A stretch of DNA of 64,000 nucleotides from Nibricoccus sp. GTDB taxonomy: Bacteria; Verrucomicrobiota; Verrucomicrobiia; Opitutales; Opitutaceae. Shown piece after piece: positions 46,763 through 59,444 of the stretch (positions are counted from its first letter, which is position 1; the number at the start of each line of letters is the position of its first letter). The notes beneath the pieces are model-generated. The model was given only the letters and a program-made list of their open reading frames with translations. It did no database searches and was not told the origin of the DNA. The position numbers and the translations under genes are program-made. Location: positions 3,456,001 to 3,520,000 of the forward strand of contig JASGHG010000001.1 of the NCBI GenBank assembly GCA_047602425.1, given 5' to 3'.

Positions 46763-47665
46763 CTACGACGTAGAGCCAAGCATGGCTGCACCAAAAACGC
46801 CGGCACTGTCGCCGAGGGCCGGACGCAGAAGTTCGGTGCGTAACTCGGGGTTGAACAGATGGCGCACGATGGCGGCACGGGTTTGCTCTTCATAGAGCAC
46901 GTCGAGATTGCCCACGCCTCCACCGATGACAATGGCGTCAGGGTCGAGGATGTTGATTACTGCGGCGATGGCTTCACCGAATTTGTCCCGCAGTCGCGTG
47001 AGCGTTTCGCGCGCCAGGAGTTCGCCGGCTTGGGCGCGCTGGACGATTTCAGGAAGACGAATCGAAGCGCCGCCTTGTTCGCGATAGAATCGTTCGAGCG
47101 AAGGGCCGGCGATGACCGTTTCTACGCAACCAGTCCGACCGCAATAACACGGGTGGCTCTCGTTTCGGAGCGGATTGTGTCCCCACTCGCCGGCGATACC
47201 ATGATGGCCGTCGATGAGACGTCCGTTGACCACGATGCCGCCTCCAACCCCAGTGCCTAAAATCAAACCCATGACGACGCCGCGTCCGCGAGCGACGCCG
47301 AGCGTGGCCTCAGCGAGGGCGCAACAATTGGCATCGTTGGCGAGAATAGCCTTGGTCTTTAAGCGTGTCGTTAGATCGGCTTGAAGTGGTCGGCCGTTCA
47401 GGCAGACGGTATTGGAATTTTTCAGCAGACCGGTGGACGGTTCTGTGGCGCCGGGCGTGCCAATGCCGATAATGGCAGGGCGCGGCAGGCCTGAAGTTGT
47501 TTCAAGATCGGCCACTACGCGCTCGATTTGACCGACGACGTGGTCGTAACCCTTTGCCGATTCCGTTGGCAGACGCAGACGGTGTTGCGCGATTTCCGGG
47601 CGCGCCGGATCGATGATCGCGCCTTCAATTTTGGTGCCGCCCAGATCAATGCCCCAGAGTGTCAT
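46763..47665 (-). CDS. ROK family sugar kinase (Mak/fructokinase-like)
   Basis: GIDLGGTK, ANDANC, LGTGVGGG, AGEWGH, CYCGRTGCVE. Confidence 0.9.
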   Translation of the reverse strand: MTLWGIDLGGTKIEGAIIDPARPEIAQHRLRLPTESAKGYDHVVGQIERVVADLETTSGLPRPAIIGIGTPGATEPSTGLLKNSNTVCLNGRPLQADLTTRLKTKAILANDANCCALAEATLGVARGRGVVMGLILGTGVGGGIVVNGRLIDGHHGIAGEWGHNPLRNESHPCYCGRTGCVETVIAGPSLERFYREQGGASIRLPEIVQRAQAGELLARETLTRLRDKFGEAIAAVINILDPDAIVIGGGVGNLDVLYEEQTRAAIVRHLFNPELRTELLRPALGDSAGVFGAAMLGSTS

Positions 47666-47667
47666 AA

Positions 47668-47940
47668 CTAGAAACGAATGCGCAGTGCGCCGAGAATCAA
47701 CAGCAAGATGAGCACAATCCCCACGTAGAGCCAGAACCAGCGGTGACCTTCGCGCTTTTGGCGGGAGCGAGTGTCTCGGATCTGCATTTCTTCATCTTCG
47801 GGCAGATCGAGGCCATCGTAGACATCCTGCTCGGCCCAGCCGGTGCGTTCGTCAGCGCCGCATTCGGGGCATGCGCTGGCCTTGGGTGGAATCGCCGCGC
47901 CACAGTTGGCGCAATGATCAGGTTTGGGTTGCTTGGGCAT
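47668..47940 (-). CDS. zinc-ribbon protein with C-terminal TM helix
   Basis: CANCG...CPECG; hydrophobic C-terminus. Confidence 0.75.
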   Translation of the reverse strand: MPKQPKPDHCANCGAAIPPKASACPECGADERTGWAEQDVYDGLDLPEDEEMQIRDTRSRQKREGHRWFWLYVGIVLILLLILGALRIRF

Positions 47941-49096
47941 GACCGGCGGGGATTTCTTGGACGCAAAAATAGCGCCATTTTGCGAAGCGCCAGGCTGTCA
48001 CGAAAAACGCCGTCAAGGGAATGGCCAGAATCATGCCGAGTATGCCATCGAGCGCGGTACCCCAGAAAAAAATTGCGATGATGATCACCACGGGATGCAA
48101 CCCTGTGCGTTCCCCCATGATTTTTGGAGTGAGGAACCAGCCTTCGATGTTTTGCACGACGATTTTCACGAGCAGAACTAATCCCACGAGACCCAATCCG
48201 CCGCCCGGCTGGAGAAAGGCCAGCGGAAGCGTAATCACGAGACCAATGATCGTGCCGAGATAAGGAATGATGTTCAGAATGCCGAGGGTGAGCCCGATCA
48301 CGAAGCCGAACTTCAGGCCAATCAAACTGAACCCGATCGCGAACAGAATGCCCATGAGCAATCCGATCAGCAGTTGCCCGCGGAAAAACGAGATCACGAT
48401 GTTGATGAACTCGCGCACCAGAAACACGACGTCGTCCCGCACATGCGGTTGAAGAAATGGCAAGTGGTTCGGAAGTCCCTGTGTCAGATCGCGTCGAACC
48501 AATAAGAAGAAGAAAAGATAAATCGGCACGATCGCGAGGTGCGCGGTGAAGCCGACAACGGAGGCAATGCCCTGGCTCATGGCTTTGAGCGACGGGACGA
48601 CCAGGCTGGGCAGTTTGCTCAACTCGGTTTGCAGATTGTCGACCAAACTTTGCACGGCAGGGTAACCGTAAAGTCGTTCCCCGAGCGTAACCCAGCTTGG
48701 GTAGTTATCTTTCACATACATACTCGCCTTGGTCCAGAACGAGGGAAGAAACGCAATGAAATCGAGCACCTGCGCCACCAGCGGAGGAATCGCCAGGATG
48801 AGGAGCGCCGCGACAAAGAGAATGAATACCGCGTAAAGCACCGTGACTGCGAGGGCGCGACGTCCCCGGTAGCGTTTTTCCAGTATATCCACGATCGGGC
48901 GAAGCACCATGGCCAGCACGCCGGCGACGGCTAACGGCCAAAGGATCCCGGAGAAGAAGCCAACCAAACGGCCGAGCACAACAATGACGAACGCCAGGAG
49001 GACGAAGATGCAGGTGACGGCGAAGAAACCGAGGGCAAAAGCGAGCAACCGACGTTGTGTGCCGCTGAGAAAGGGAGTGTTTGCGGTCTCAGGCAT
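47918..49096 (-). CDS. AI-2E family transporter
   Basis: IPYLG, QNIEG..LTPKIMG..TGLHP, G.LGMILAIP. Confidence 0.9.
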   Translation of the reverse strand: MPETANTPFLSGTQRRLLAFALGFFAVTCIFVLLAFVIVVLGRLVGFFSGILWPLAVAGVLAMVLRPIVDILEKRYRGRRALAVTVLYAVFILFVAALLILAIPPLVAQVLDFIAFLPSFWTKASMYVKDNYPSWVTLGERLYGYPAVQSLVDNLQTELSKLPSLVVPSLKAMSQGIASVVGFTAHLAIVPIYLFFFLLVRRDLTQGLPNHLPFLQPHVRDDVVFLVREFINIVISFFRGQLLIGLLMGILFAIGFSLIGLKFGFVIGLTLGILNIIPYLGTIIGLVITLPLAFLQPGGGLGLVGLVLLVKIVVQNIEGWFLTPKIMGERTGLHPVVIIIAIFFWGTALDGILGMILAIPLTAFFVTAWRFAKWRYFCVQEIPAGHAQATQT

Positions 49097-49233
49097 GAAG
49101 GTAAAAGGGCCGGGAATCGCATCGCGTGGCAACAAGGAAAAGGCGGGACCGGACGGGTGGGGGACCGTCGTCGGGGTGTTTCAGTTGGTTTTTTGTTCGT
49201 CCTGCGCGGACTTGCTGGTTTGCCTTTGGTGAC

Positions 49234-50490
49234 ATGTCCGAGCACCCGCCCGAATTTGAGCCCGAAGAAAGTCCCGCAGCAGCCAAACCTGCCGCGCCGA
49301 TTGACCGCACAAAATGGCCCCGGCCATGGGCACAGCTGAAGTTCTTCACATTTCAGCCGGCGATTTTTCCCCGCATGATGGGGCAAGTTTCTCCTGACGC
49401 AAAACCGGGCGACTTCGTCAACGTCTACGACAAGAATGGCAATCTCTGTGGCGGCGGTCTGTACAATCCCCGCGCGAAAATGGTGCTGCGGGTGGTTTCG
49501 CATTCGCTCCAGCCCGTGGACGAAACTTATTTCGAACTGGCGATTCGCCGTGCGGTGTCGCTTCGGCGCGAGCTTTTCAAACTCGACGAATTTACCGATG
49601 CTTATCGGTTAATTAATTCCGATGGCGACGGCCTCAGTGGGCTGACGATCGACCGATATGGCGACACGCTTCTCTGCGAGGTCTATTCGCTGGGTATTGC
49701 GCAACGTCTGCCGAAATGGCTGCCGTTGTTGCACGAGCTTGCCGGCACGAAATTCGCACGCGTGCAGGTCGATCACGATCTCGGCAGCCTCGAAGGCATC
49801 AAACCGTCGACCTTCAAAGAAACCAACGCGGCTGCGCCGACGTTGGTTAAAATTCGAGAACATGGTGTGCGCTACGAGGTGGATTTTGCCGAGGGTCACA
49901 AGACCGGCTTTTTTTGCGATCAGCGTGAAAATCGCAAAGCCATCGCGCGTTTCACCCAAGGCGCACGCGTGCTCGATCTGTGCTGCTACACGGGTGGGTT
50001 TTCCCTCAATGCGAAGGTTGTGGGTGGCGCGGATGAGGTCACTAGCGTTGACCTCGACGAAGCGGCGATCGCGCAGGCCAAGCGCAACGCGAACCTGAAT
50101 CAGGCGCGGCTGAAATTTGTCCATGCCGACGCGTTTGCCTACGCGCGCCAAATGCAGACCAACGGGGAAAAATGGGATGTCGTCGTGCTCGATCCGCCGA
50201 AGTTGATTTTCACCCGCGAAAATCCGGGCAATGCCGAAGGCCGTCGCAAGTACGAGGACTTGAACCAGCTCGCGATTTCGCTCGTGAAACCGGGCGGTAT
50301 TTTTGTGACGTGCTCCTGCTCGGGCCTGCTGAGTCTGGAAGATTTCGAACAACACGTGATCAAGGCGGCCCATCGCCAGCAGCGACGATTGCAATTCTTC
50401 GATCGGACAGGTCCAGGTCCCGACCACCCGGTTTATTCGAATTGCCTCGAAAGCCGGTATCTCAAGCTTCTTTGGGCTCGAGTGATGTAG
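49234..50490 (+). CDS. SAM-dependent rRNA methyltransferase, RlmI-like
   Basis: PUA-like N-terminus; GDGLSGL.IDRY, GHKTGFFCDQRENR, LDLCCYTGGF, DPP, CSCS, YLK. Confidence 0.88.
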   Translation: MSEHPPEFEPEESPAAAKPAAPIDRTKWPRPWAQLKFFTFQPAIFPRMMGQVSPDAKPGDFVNVYDKNGNLCGGGLYNPRAKMVLRVVSHSLQPVDETYFELAIRRAVSLRRELFKLDEFTDAYRLINSDGDGLSGLTIDRYGDTLLCEVYSLGIAQRLPKWLPLLHELAGTKFARVQVDHDLGSLEGIKPSTFKETNAAAPTLVKIREHGVRYEVDFAEGHKTGFFCDQRENRKAIARFTQGARVLDLCCYTGGFSLNAKVVGGADEVTSVDLDEAAIAQAKRNANLNQARLKFVHADAFAYARQMQTNGEKWDVVVLDPPKLIFTRENPGNAEGRRKYEDLNQLAISLVKPGGIFVTCSCSGLLSLEDFEQHVIKAAHRQQRRLQFFDRTGPGPDHPVYSNCLESRYLKLLWARVM

Positions 50491-50523
50491 TCGGTGGCGA
50501 TTAGTTTAGCTTCAATTTACCCT

Positions 50524-51885
50524 ATGAAAAAATCGATGAGCTTGTTTTTGGCGGCGTTGTTATTGGGCGCGGGAACCGCCTTGCTTTCCGGCGAGCCTGC
50601 GGCGAGCGACGCAAAACCCTCGTTGAAGGACGTGCCTGGAAGTGCTTCCCGGTGGCCGACGGTTTTGGAAAAATCGTTGCCGGGCCTGGCGAAGAAACCG
50701 TCTTGGGCGAAGCTTGGCTTGTGGATTCGCGAGGACGGGACGGTTGACGAGGTGGAATTTTTGCAAGGCGACGCCGAATGGAAAATCGAATGCATTGCCG
50801 CGGCAAAGAAGATGAAATTCGAACCTGTGGTCTTCGAGGGCACGGCGCTGCCGGTGCGCACGGAGCTCAATTACCGCTGTGATCGAAAGCAGGTTGATTA
50901 TAATTTCAGCCCGCTGCCGAATCTGCCGGGCGAAGTCCATGTGAATGAGGAATGGGGGCTCACGAAACCGACGATCGAACTCGATCCCGATTTGATTTTA
51001 CCGCTGATGTTGCGGGCGCGTCCGATGCTCACGATCGAGGCTGCAATTTCGTACGTCGTCGCCGAAGACGGCAGCACGGATAAAATCCGGATTCTCGGGG
51101 CAAGTTCCGAGGGCGCGGTTCGATCGGCCTTGGATTTGATCGCTGAGCGCAAGTACAAACCTGCGACGGTACGCGACAGACCGGTGCGCACGGAACATCA
51201 GCAGGTCTATTCCTTCCAAACCGTGGGAAAGCCGATCGAGGCCTTGATCGGTTCCGTGTATGCGGAAGATCCTGTATTTCCGTACGAACGGCTGTTGGCG
51301 GGAGAGGAAGGTTATGCGGTCGTGAAATTTACCTTGGATGGCGATGGCAAAGTCGAGAGCTCAAGCGTGCTTGAGGCGTCGCATCCGGAGTTTGGCAGCG
51401 CGCTGGTGGCCGCGGTCGACGGCTGGCAGTTCAAGCCGGAATCGATCGCGACAGCGGGCGCAGTTCGCGAATATCGGCACGACTTCTTGTTGAGCATGAC
51501 TCCCTATGCGGCGCGCCGACTGATCGCAGCCGCCCGTGCGGGCGAGGAAGTTTCGAATGCCAAGGCTGGCTTGGATGCGAAGCCGAAGGTCCTGGCAAGT
51601 TCCGGCCTGGCTTATCCCACGGCACTTAAAGAGCAAAAAGAAGTCGGCTCCGCGACAGTCGAATTTATCATCGACCGCGTGGGTTTGGCGCAGCTTCCCC
51701 GCGTGCTCAAGGCGAGCAAGCCCGAGTTTGGCTGGGCCGCTGTTACCGCGGTGAACACGATGCGTTTCGCACCACTGACGCGCAACGGAAAGTCTGCCGA
51801 ACTCCGCGTGGTGATGCCGGTCAATTTTACACCGCCAAAAACCGAACAGGCCGCCGGAGCCCAAGCGCCAGCCGCCGGCGGATGA
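50524..51885 (+). CDS. multi-domain TonB C-terminal family protein
   Basis: Signal/TM segment, then about four TonB_C-like units (DG.V/T...AA....F.P). Confidence 0.8.
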   Translation: MKKSMSLFLAALLLGAGTALLSGEPAASDAKPSLKDVPGSASRWPTVLEKSLPGLAKKPSWAKLGLWIREDGTVDEVEFLQGDAEWKIECIAAAKKMKFEPVVFEGTALPVRTELNYRCDRKQVDYNFSPLPNLPGEVHVNEEWGLTKPTIELDPDLILPLMLRARPMLTIEAAISYVVAEDGSTDKIRILGASSEGAVRSALDLIAERKYKPATVRDRPVRTEHQQVYSFQTVGKPIEALIGSVYAEDPVFPYERLLAGEEGYAVVKFTLDGDGKVESSSVLEASHPEFGSALVAAVDGWQFKPESIATAGAVREYRHDFLLSMTPYAARRLIAAARAGEEVSNAKAGLDAKPKVLASSGLAYPTALKEQKEVGSATVEFIIDRVGLAQLPRVLKASKPEFGWAAVTAVNTMRFAPLTRNGKSAELRVVMPVNFTPPKTEQAAGAQAPAAGG

Positions 51886-51917
51886 GGAGGCGGTATTTAA
51901 AAATAATTCGTGGACGC

Positions 51918-51953
51918 AAAAAAGCCGCCGGGTTTCCGGCGGCTTAATTTTTT
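51918..51953. terminator. bidirectional intrinsic terminator
   Basis: AAAAAAGCCGCCGG-gttt-CCGGCGGCTT followed by a T-rich tract, between convergent genes. Confidence 0.8.
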
Positions 51954-51970
51954 AATGGGACGCGCGTGGC

Positions 51971-53053
51971 TCAGTTGCGGCGATCGCTCTTGCTGCTTTT
52001 GGATTCGATGAACTCCCGAATGATCTCCATGCGTTGGCGCTGGCGATCTTCCTCGTCGATTTCCTCGACGGAGCGTTGGGTTTCATTTTTAGCCATTGCC
52101 TTCCGCATTTTGGAAAGGGCGATGTTTTGCAGCTGGCGAACGCGTTCGCGGGTGACGCGGAATTTGCGACCAACTTCCTCGAGAGTCATCTCGGTGGCGC
52201 CCTCGAGACCGAAGCGCAGACGGATGATCTCGGCCTCGCGAGGCTCAAGCGAATCAACCATCGCTTTGAGGTCGGAGTTGAGATTGCGCTCGCGCAGGGA
52301 CTCAAACGGGCTGGAGGCGTTTTCGTCGCCCACAATGTCGCCGAAGGTCGAGGAATCGCCGTCTTCGCCGATCGGGGCGTCGAGCGAGGTCGGACGCACG
52401 CTGACGGATTTCAGATGCGCGACCTTATTGGTCGGAATCTGAAGCTCCATGGCCAATTCTTCGTCCGTGGGTTCGCGACCGAGTTCCTCGGTGAGCGCCA
52501 TCGCGGTGCGGCGCATCTTGGAGATCTTGTCGACGAGGTGAACCGGGAGGCGGATCGTTTTACTTTGATTGGCGAGCGCGCGTTTGATGGATTGCTTGAT
52601 CCACCACGCGGCGTAGGTGCTGAGCTTGCCACCCTTGCGCGGGTCGAAGCGCTCGACAGCCTTGATGAGACCGATGTTGCCTTCGGAAATGAGATCGAGG
52701 AGCGGCAGGCCAAAGTCTTTGTAGTCGTGGGCGATTTTCACGACGAGACGGAGATTGGCCGAGATCATGTGATCGCGGGCGGCTTTGTCGCCTTTGCGAA
52801 TGCGGCGGGCAAGTTGGACCTCCTCCTTCGGTGTCAGGAGGGCGGTTTTGCCAATTTCCTGGAGATAAAGCTGCAAGTTACTGCGTTCGAGCGGAGCGGC
52901 TTGCTCGCGGGGCGCGGGCTCATTTTTCTCCAAAAATGAGGGAGGAGCGTCGAGCGGCGCGGGAGCCAGGACCACTACGGGAGCAGAAGATTCATTGGTA
53001 TCAACGTCGTCGGCTGAGCCGTACTTGCGGGAAGATTTCGTCTGAGTAGACAT
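51971..53053 (-). CDS. RpoD/RpoS-family sigma-70 factor lacking region 1.1
   Basis: LYLQEIG, ANLRLVVKIA, DLISEGNIGL, STYAAWWIKQ, TIRLPVH, TLEEVG..F.VTRERVRQ. Confidence 0.93.
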   Translation of the reverse strand: MSTQTKSSRKYGSADDVDTNESSAPVVVLAPAPLDAPPSFLEKNEPAPREQAAPLERSNLQLYLQEIGKTALLTPKEEVQLARRIRKGDKAARDHMISANLRLVVKIAHDYKDFGLPLLDLISEGNIGLIKAVERFDPRKGGKLSTYAAWWIKQSIKRALANQSKTIRLPVHLVDKISKMRRTAMALTEELGREPTDEELAMELQIPTNKVAHLKSVSVRPTSLDAPIGEDGDSSTFGDIVGDENASSPFESLRERNLNSDLKAMVDSLEPREAEIIRLRFGLEGATEMTLEEVGRKFRVTRERVRQLQNIALSKMRKAMAKNETQRSVEEIDEEDRQRQRMEIIREFIESKSSKSDRRN

Positions 53054-53394
53054 GGGCTTCTTTCTTTGTTGAGTGTTGCCACTGCAATTTTCTGAACGAA
53101 GCCGGACTGTTTGGTAATGACCTCACACTCCGGTGATCGTTCCGCCATGGTTAAACCCGCAGAACGTCAAGGGCCACGCGAAAAGAAAACTTATTTATTG
53201 TATTAGCAAAACGCTTGGTGGCGCCGAACGTGATATAAAAATTATAAATGCTGCGGATTATCCGCGTCTTACGGAATTAGCGGCGGCTTTGACACGACCG
53301 CGTGGATATAAAAATTCGCCAAAAGTGATTTGAAGCACCGACACCGCCGAATGGGGGAGTCGCTCTGCCGGAGCGAGATATAACTCAGCTCGCC

Positions 53395-54879
53395 TTAGGC
53401 GAAGCGTTCTGCAATCGCCACTGCTTTGAAAAGAGCGGACGCCTTATTGACCGTTTCTTGGTATTCCGAGGAAGGCACAGAATCGGCCACGATGCCGGCA
53501 CCGGCTTGGATGTGGATTTTACCGTCCTTGAGCAGGGCCGTACGCAGCATGATGCAGGAATCGAGGTTTCCGTCGTAGCCAAAATAGCCCAGTGCACCGG
53601 CGTAGCATCCGCGTTGGGTCGGCTCTTTTTCTGCGATGATTTGCATGGCGCGGATTTTCGGTGCTCCCGAAACGGTGCCGGCGGGAAAGGTTGCGCGCAT
53701 GAGATCGTAGGCGGTTTTCTCGGGCGTGATGTGGCCTTCGACCTGGGAAACGATGTGCATCACATGCGAGTAGCGCTCGATCACCATCATCTCGGGAACG
53801 GTGACGCTGCCGAACTTGCAGACACGCCCAATATCGTTGCGAGCGAGGTCGACGAGCATGAGGTGTTCCGCGAGTTCCTTATGGTCGGCGAGGAGCTCCT
53901 TTTCCAGCGCCACGTCCTCGGCGTGGGTCACGCCGCGTTTGCGTGTGCCGGCAATGGGTCGGATTTCCACCAAGCCGTCGGTTAGGCGCACATGCACCTC
54001 GGGCGAGGCGCCGACGATCGCGTAATCGCCGGTATCGAGAATGAACATGTACGGCGACGGATTCACCGTGCGCAACGCGCGGTAGAGGTCGAGCGGCGAC
54101 TTGGTGAAGTTGCGGGTGAAACGCTGCGAGGGGACGACCTGAATGATGTCGCCGGCGCGGATGTATTCCTTCGTGGACTCGACGGCCGCTTCGAAGGCGG
54201 GCTGGGTAAAATTTCCCGGCGGTACCACAATCTTGCCCGGATCGATCAGCGGAGCCGGAGCGAGTGTGCTGGGTTTGTTGAGCAGGCCGAAAATATGTGT
54301 GAGTTCGGCCACGGCGGCGTCATACGCGGCTGTGGCATCGCCTTTGACGTGGGCATTGACGCAGAGGCGCAGGGTCTGCTTCGCGCGATCGAAGATCAGC
54401 TGCGAATCCGTGATCATAAAATAGATCAACGGCAGACCGACCTCGTCTTTTTTCGCCGCCGGAACGCTTGGCTCGATGCGGGTGACGTACTCGTAGCCGA
54501 CGAAACCCACCGCGCCGCCGATGAAGCGCGGCAGGCCGGGAATGTTGACGGGCTTGAACGGCTTCATCTCGGCCTCGATCAGCGTGAGCGGGTCGGTCGG
54601 GGTTGGAATTGTTTGTGTCGGCTGGTTGGGCTGGCGGATCTCGGTTGTCTTCGGGCCGCAGGCGAAAATCTTGCGCGGACGGCAGCCGATGAAACTGTAG
54701 CGCGAAAGGTTTTCTCCGCCCTCAACCGACTCCAAGAGGTAAGACGGACCGCTTTCCTTCAGCTTGGCATACGCGGAGACGGGCGTTTCAAAGTCCGCCA
54801 TCAGGTCGGTGTAGACCGGGATGACGTTGCCCTGCTCGGCGAGTTTTAAAAATGCTTCGCGTGAAGGAAAGATGTTCAT
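53395..54879 (-). CDS. trpE: anthranilate synthase component I
   Basis: LLESVEGGE, NPSPYM, PIAGTR, AEHLMLVDLARND, FPAGTVSGAPK, QAGAGIV. Confidence 0.93.
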   Translation of the reverse strand: MNIFPSREAFLKLAEQGNVIPVYTDLMADFETPVSAYAKLKESGPSYLLESVEGGENLSRYSFIGCRPRKIFACGPKTTEIRQPNQPTQTIPTPTDPLTLIEAEMKPFKPVNIPGLPRFIGGAVGFVGYEYVTRIEPSVPAAKKDEVGLPLIYFMITDSQLIFDRAKQTLRLCVNAHVKGDATAAYDAAVAELTHIFGLLNKPSTLAPAPLIDPGKIVVPPGNFTQPAFEAAVESTKEYIRAGDIIQVVPSQRFTRNFTKSPLDLYRALRTVNPSPYMFILDTGDYAIVGASPEVHVRLTDGLVEIRPIAGTRKRGVTHAEDVALEKELLADHKELAEHLMLVDLARNDIGRVCKFGSVTVPEMMVIERYSHVMHIVSQVEGHITPEKTAYDLMRATFPAGTVSGAPKIRAMQIIAEKEPTQRGCYAGALGYFGYDGNLDSCIMLRTALLKDGKIHIQAGAGIVADSVPSSEYQETVNKASALFKAVAIAERFA

Positions 54880-54894
54880 GAACGGCGCGGTCGA

Positions 54895-56745
<1,851 letters not shown>

Positions 56746-56832
56746 ATATTTTGTTTATTTAGGCTGGCGAAATTACGGGGTGTGCCGAAAGTGAAGCAAG
56801 GTCTTTCACTCCAAACTCCTACTTCAGTCTTT

Positions 56833-58119
56833 ATGCCTAACGGGAACAATACTCTCGCAGTCATCATGGGCGGCGGTCGCGGCACACGTCTCTATCCTCT
56901 TACGATGGAACGTTGTAAACCAGCCGTACCCCTCGCTGGCAAGTACCGCCTCGTAGATATTCCAATAAGTAATTGTATCAACTCGAACATCAACCGGATC
57001 TTCTTGTTGACGCAATTTCACACAGCGTCGCTGCATCGTCACATTCAAAGTGTGTATCATTTCGATCCGTTCGGCGGCGGCTTTGTCGATATTCTTTCAG
57101 CCGAACAAACCGAAAAAAGCGCCGATTGGTATCAAGGCACCGCCGACGCGGTTCGCCGAAATCTTCAGCATTTCCGCAGCTTCCCACACGAGCTCGTCCT
57201 GATTCTCTCCGGCGACCAGTTGTACCGGATGGATTTTAGCAAGATCCTCGATCAGCACGTGGCGACCAAAGCCGACGTGACGATTGCCGCGGTCCCTTTC
57301 CCGGTTTCTAAGGTTGAAGGGCTTGGCCTCATGCAGGTGAACGACGATCTTTCGATCAACCGGTTCGTCGAAAAACCCAAGGATCCCGCGGTGATCAACA
57401 GCCTGACGCTCAGCGACACGCTCGAAAACACATTGAAGGCTTCGCACGACGAGAAACACTGCCTCGCTTCGATGGGTATTTACGTTTTCAATCGAGCCAC
57501 CTTGGCGGCGGCGCTCGACAACAAGATGACCGATTTCGGCAAGGAGATCATCCCGGCTTTGCTCGGGAAAATGAAACTCTACGCGAACATCTTCGAGGGC
57601 TATTGGGAAGATATCGGTACGGTCCGGGCGTTTTTCGACGCCAACCTCGCTCTCGCGCAGCCCCTGCCGCCTTTCAATTTCTTTGAACCGGCCGCTCCGA
57701 TCTACACGAAGGACAACTATCTGCCAGCGTCAAAGATCAACAATTGCACGGTCGATTATGCGGTGCTGGGCGACGGCTCGATCATTGAGGATTCGTTCAT
57801 CAAACATTCGGTGATCGGCATTCGCTCCTTCGTCCGAAAAGGCTCGCGTCTCGAAGACGTCGTCATGATGGGCGCCGACTACTACGAAAGCGACGACCAG
57901 ATGACGTCCAACGTTGGCAGCGGACGCCCGAGCCTGGGCGTCGGCTACAATTGCCGGATCCGCGGTTCGATCATCGACAAAAATGCGCGCATTGGCGACA
58001 ACGTCACGCTTTCGCCCGATGGCAAGCCCGACGGGACTTACGCCCACGGCGTGATTATTCGCGACGGCGTTTTGGTTGTGCCGAAAGGTTCGATTGTCCC
58101 CAGCGGCACGGTGATCTGA
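56833..58119 (+). CDS. glgC: glucose-1-phosphate adenylyltransferase
   Basis: GGGRGTRLYPLT, KPAVP, WYQGTADAV, LSGD, FVEKP, SMGIY, YWEDIGT. Confidence 0.95.
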   Translation: MPNGNNTLAVIMGGGRGTRLYPLTMERCKPAVPLAGKYRLVDIPISNCINSNINRIFLLTQFHTASLHRHIQSVYHFDPFGGGFVDILSAEQTEKSADWYQGTADAVRRNLQHFRSFPHELVLILSGDQLYRMDFSKILDQHVATKADVTIAAVPFPVSKVEGLGLMQVNDDLSINRFVEKPKDPAVINSLTLSDTLENTLKASHDEKHCLASMGIYVFNRATLAAALDNKMTDFGKEIIPALLGKMKLYANIFEGYWEDIGTVRAFFDANLALAQPLPPFNFFEPAAPIYTKDNYLPASKINNCTVDYAVLGDGSIIEDSFIKHSVIGIRSFVRKGSRLEDVVMMGADYYESDDQMTSNVGSGRPSLGVGYNCRIRGSIIDKNARIGDNVTLSPDGKPDGTYAHGVIIRDGVLVVPKGSIVPSGTVI

Positions 58120-58139
58120 CGCGAAATATTTAGACCGAC

Positions 58140-58174
58140 AAAAAGGCCGCCGAAAATTTCGGCGGCCTTTTTTT
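58140..58174. terminator. bidirectional intrinsic terminator
   Basis: AAAAAGGCCGCCGAA-aat-TTCGGCGGCCTTTTTTT between glgC and ychF. Confidence 0.85.
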
Positions 58175-58231
58175 GGCGAAGTTGGTTGGTTGCGAAGCCT
58201 GCTTTTGGGCTTCAGCAGTCGATGAAAGAAA

Positions 58232-59335
58232 TCAGTTGTTGAAGCGGAACAGGGCGACGTCGCCATCTTGGAAAACGTATTCTTTGCCTTCGAGGCGGTA
58301 TTTGCCGGCGTCGCGGGCGGCGGCCACGCTTCCCAGCGTCGTGAGGTCCTTGTAGCTGACGATTTCGGCTTTGATGAAGCCCTTTTCGAAATCGGTGTGG
58401 ATCACGCCCGCGGCTTGCGGAGCTTTCCAGCCTTTCTTGATCGTCCAGCAGCGGACCTCTTTTTCGCCGGCGGTGAAATAGGTCATCAAGCCGAGCAAAT
58501 CGTAAGTGGCTTTGATGAGCGCGGAAACGCCGGAGTCGTCGACGCCGAGGTCCTTGAGGAAGGATTTCGCTTCTTCGGGCGAGAGGTCGATGAGCTCGGA
58601 TTCGATTTTGGCGCTGATCGGCACGTACGCGGCGTCGTGGTGGGTGCGCACAAACTCGGCGACTTTTTTGACGAAGGGATTTTGCTCGGCCGTGGCGAGG
58701 TCGCCTTCAGCGACGTTGCAGGCGAAAAGCACCGGTTTGGCGGTGAGCAATTGGAAGAGCTTCATCAGCGCCGTTTCCTCGGGAGTGACTTCGAGAAGGT
58801 TGGCGGTCTTGCCGGCGTTGAGGTGCGGCTGGAGTTTTTCGAGCAGGGCCATTTCGGCGATGGCTTCCTTGTCGCCGGATTTGGCTTTCTTTTGCGTTTT
58901 TTCGATGCGTTTGGTTACGGCTTCTAGGTCGGCAAGGACGAGTTCGGTCGTGATGACCTCGATATCGCGCACGGGATCGATGCCGCCCATGGTGTGCACG
59001 ATGTCGGAGTCTTCGAAGCAGCGCACGACTTGAACGATGGCGTCGACTTCGCGGATGTTGGCGAGAAATTGGTTGCCCAAGCCTTCGCCCTTGCTGGCGC
59101 CGGCGACGAGACCGGCGATGTCGACAAATTCGATCGCGGCGGGCACAACGACGTTGGTTTTCGCAATGGCTTTGAGCACGTAAGCGCGTTCGTCGGGGAC
59201 GATCACGACGCCGACGTTCGGGTCGATCGTGCAAAACGGGTAGTTGGCCGCCTCCGCTTTTCGGGAGCGGGTGAGGGCGTTGAAGAGAGTGGATTTGCCC
59301 ACGTTGGGCAGGCCGACGATGCCAGCTTTCAGCAT
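58232..59335 (-). CDS. ychF: redox-regulated ATPase YchF
   Basis: [48 protein letters not shown]. Confidence 0.96.
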   Translation of the reverse strand: MLKAGIVGLPNVGKSTLFNALTRSRKAEAANYPFCTIDPNVGVVIVPDERAYVLKAIAKTNVVVPAAIEFVDIAGLVAGASKGEGLGNQFLANIREVDAIVQVVRCFEDSDIVHTMGGIDPVRDIEVITTELVLADLEAVTKRIEKTQKKAKSGDKEAIAEMALLEKLQPHLNAGKTANLLEVTPEETALMKLFQLLTAKPVLFACNVAEGDLATAEQNPFVKKVAEFVRTHHDAAYVPISAKIESELIDLSPEEAKSFLKDLGVDDSGVSALIKATYDLLGLMTYFTAGEKEVRCWTIKKGWKAPQAAGVIHTDFEKGFIKAEIVSYKDLTTLGSVAAARDAGKYRLEGKEYVFQDGDVALFRFNN

Positions 59336-59444
59336 AAGGTGCAGACGTTCTCGCGCCGGGGGAGGGCGGTCAAGAAAGTCTTTGGTGCAGGTTCAACCTC
59401 GGGCCGAGCGGTGCCGCTCAGCTTCGCGGAGGCTGGCTTGGCGC

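Noticed and set aside
56746..56832. glmS ribozyme
   Set aside because: The intergenic space is only 87 nt and I saw no matching core motif.
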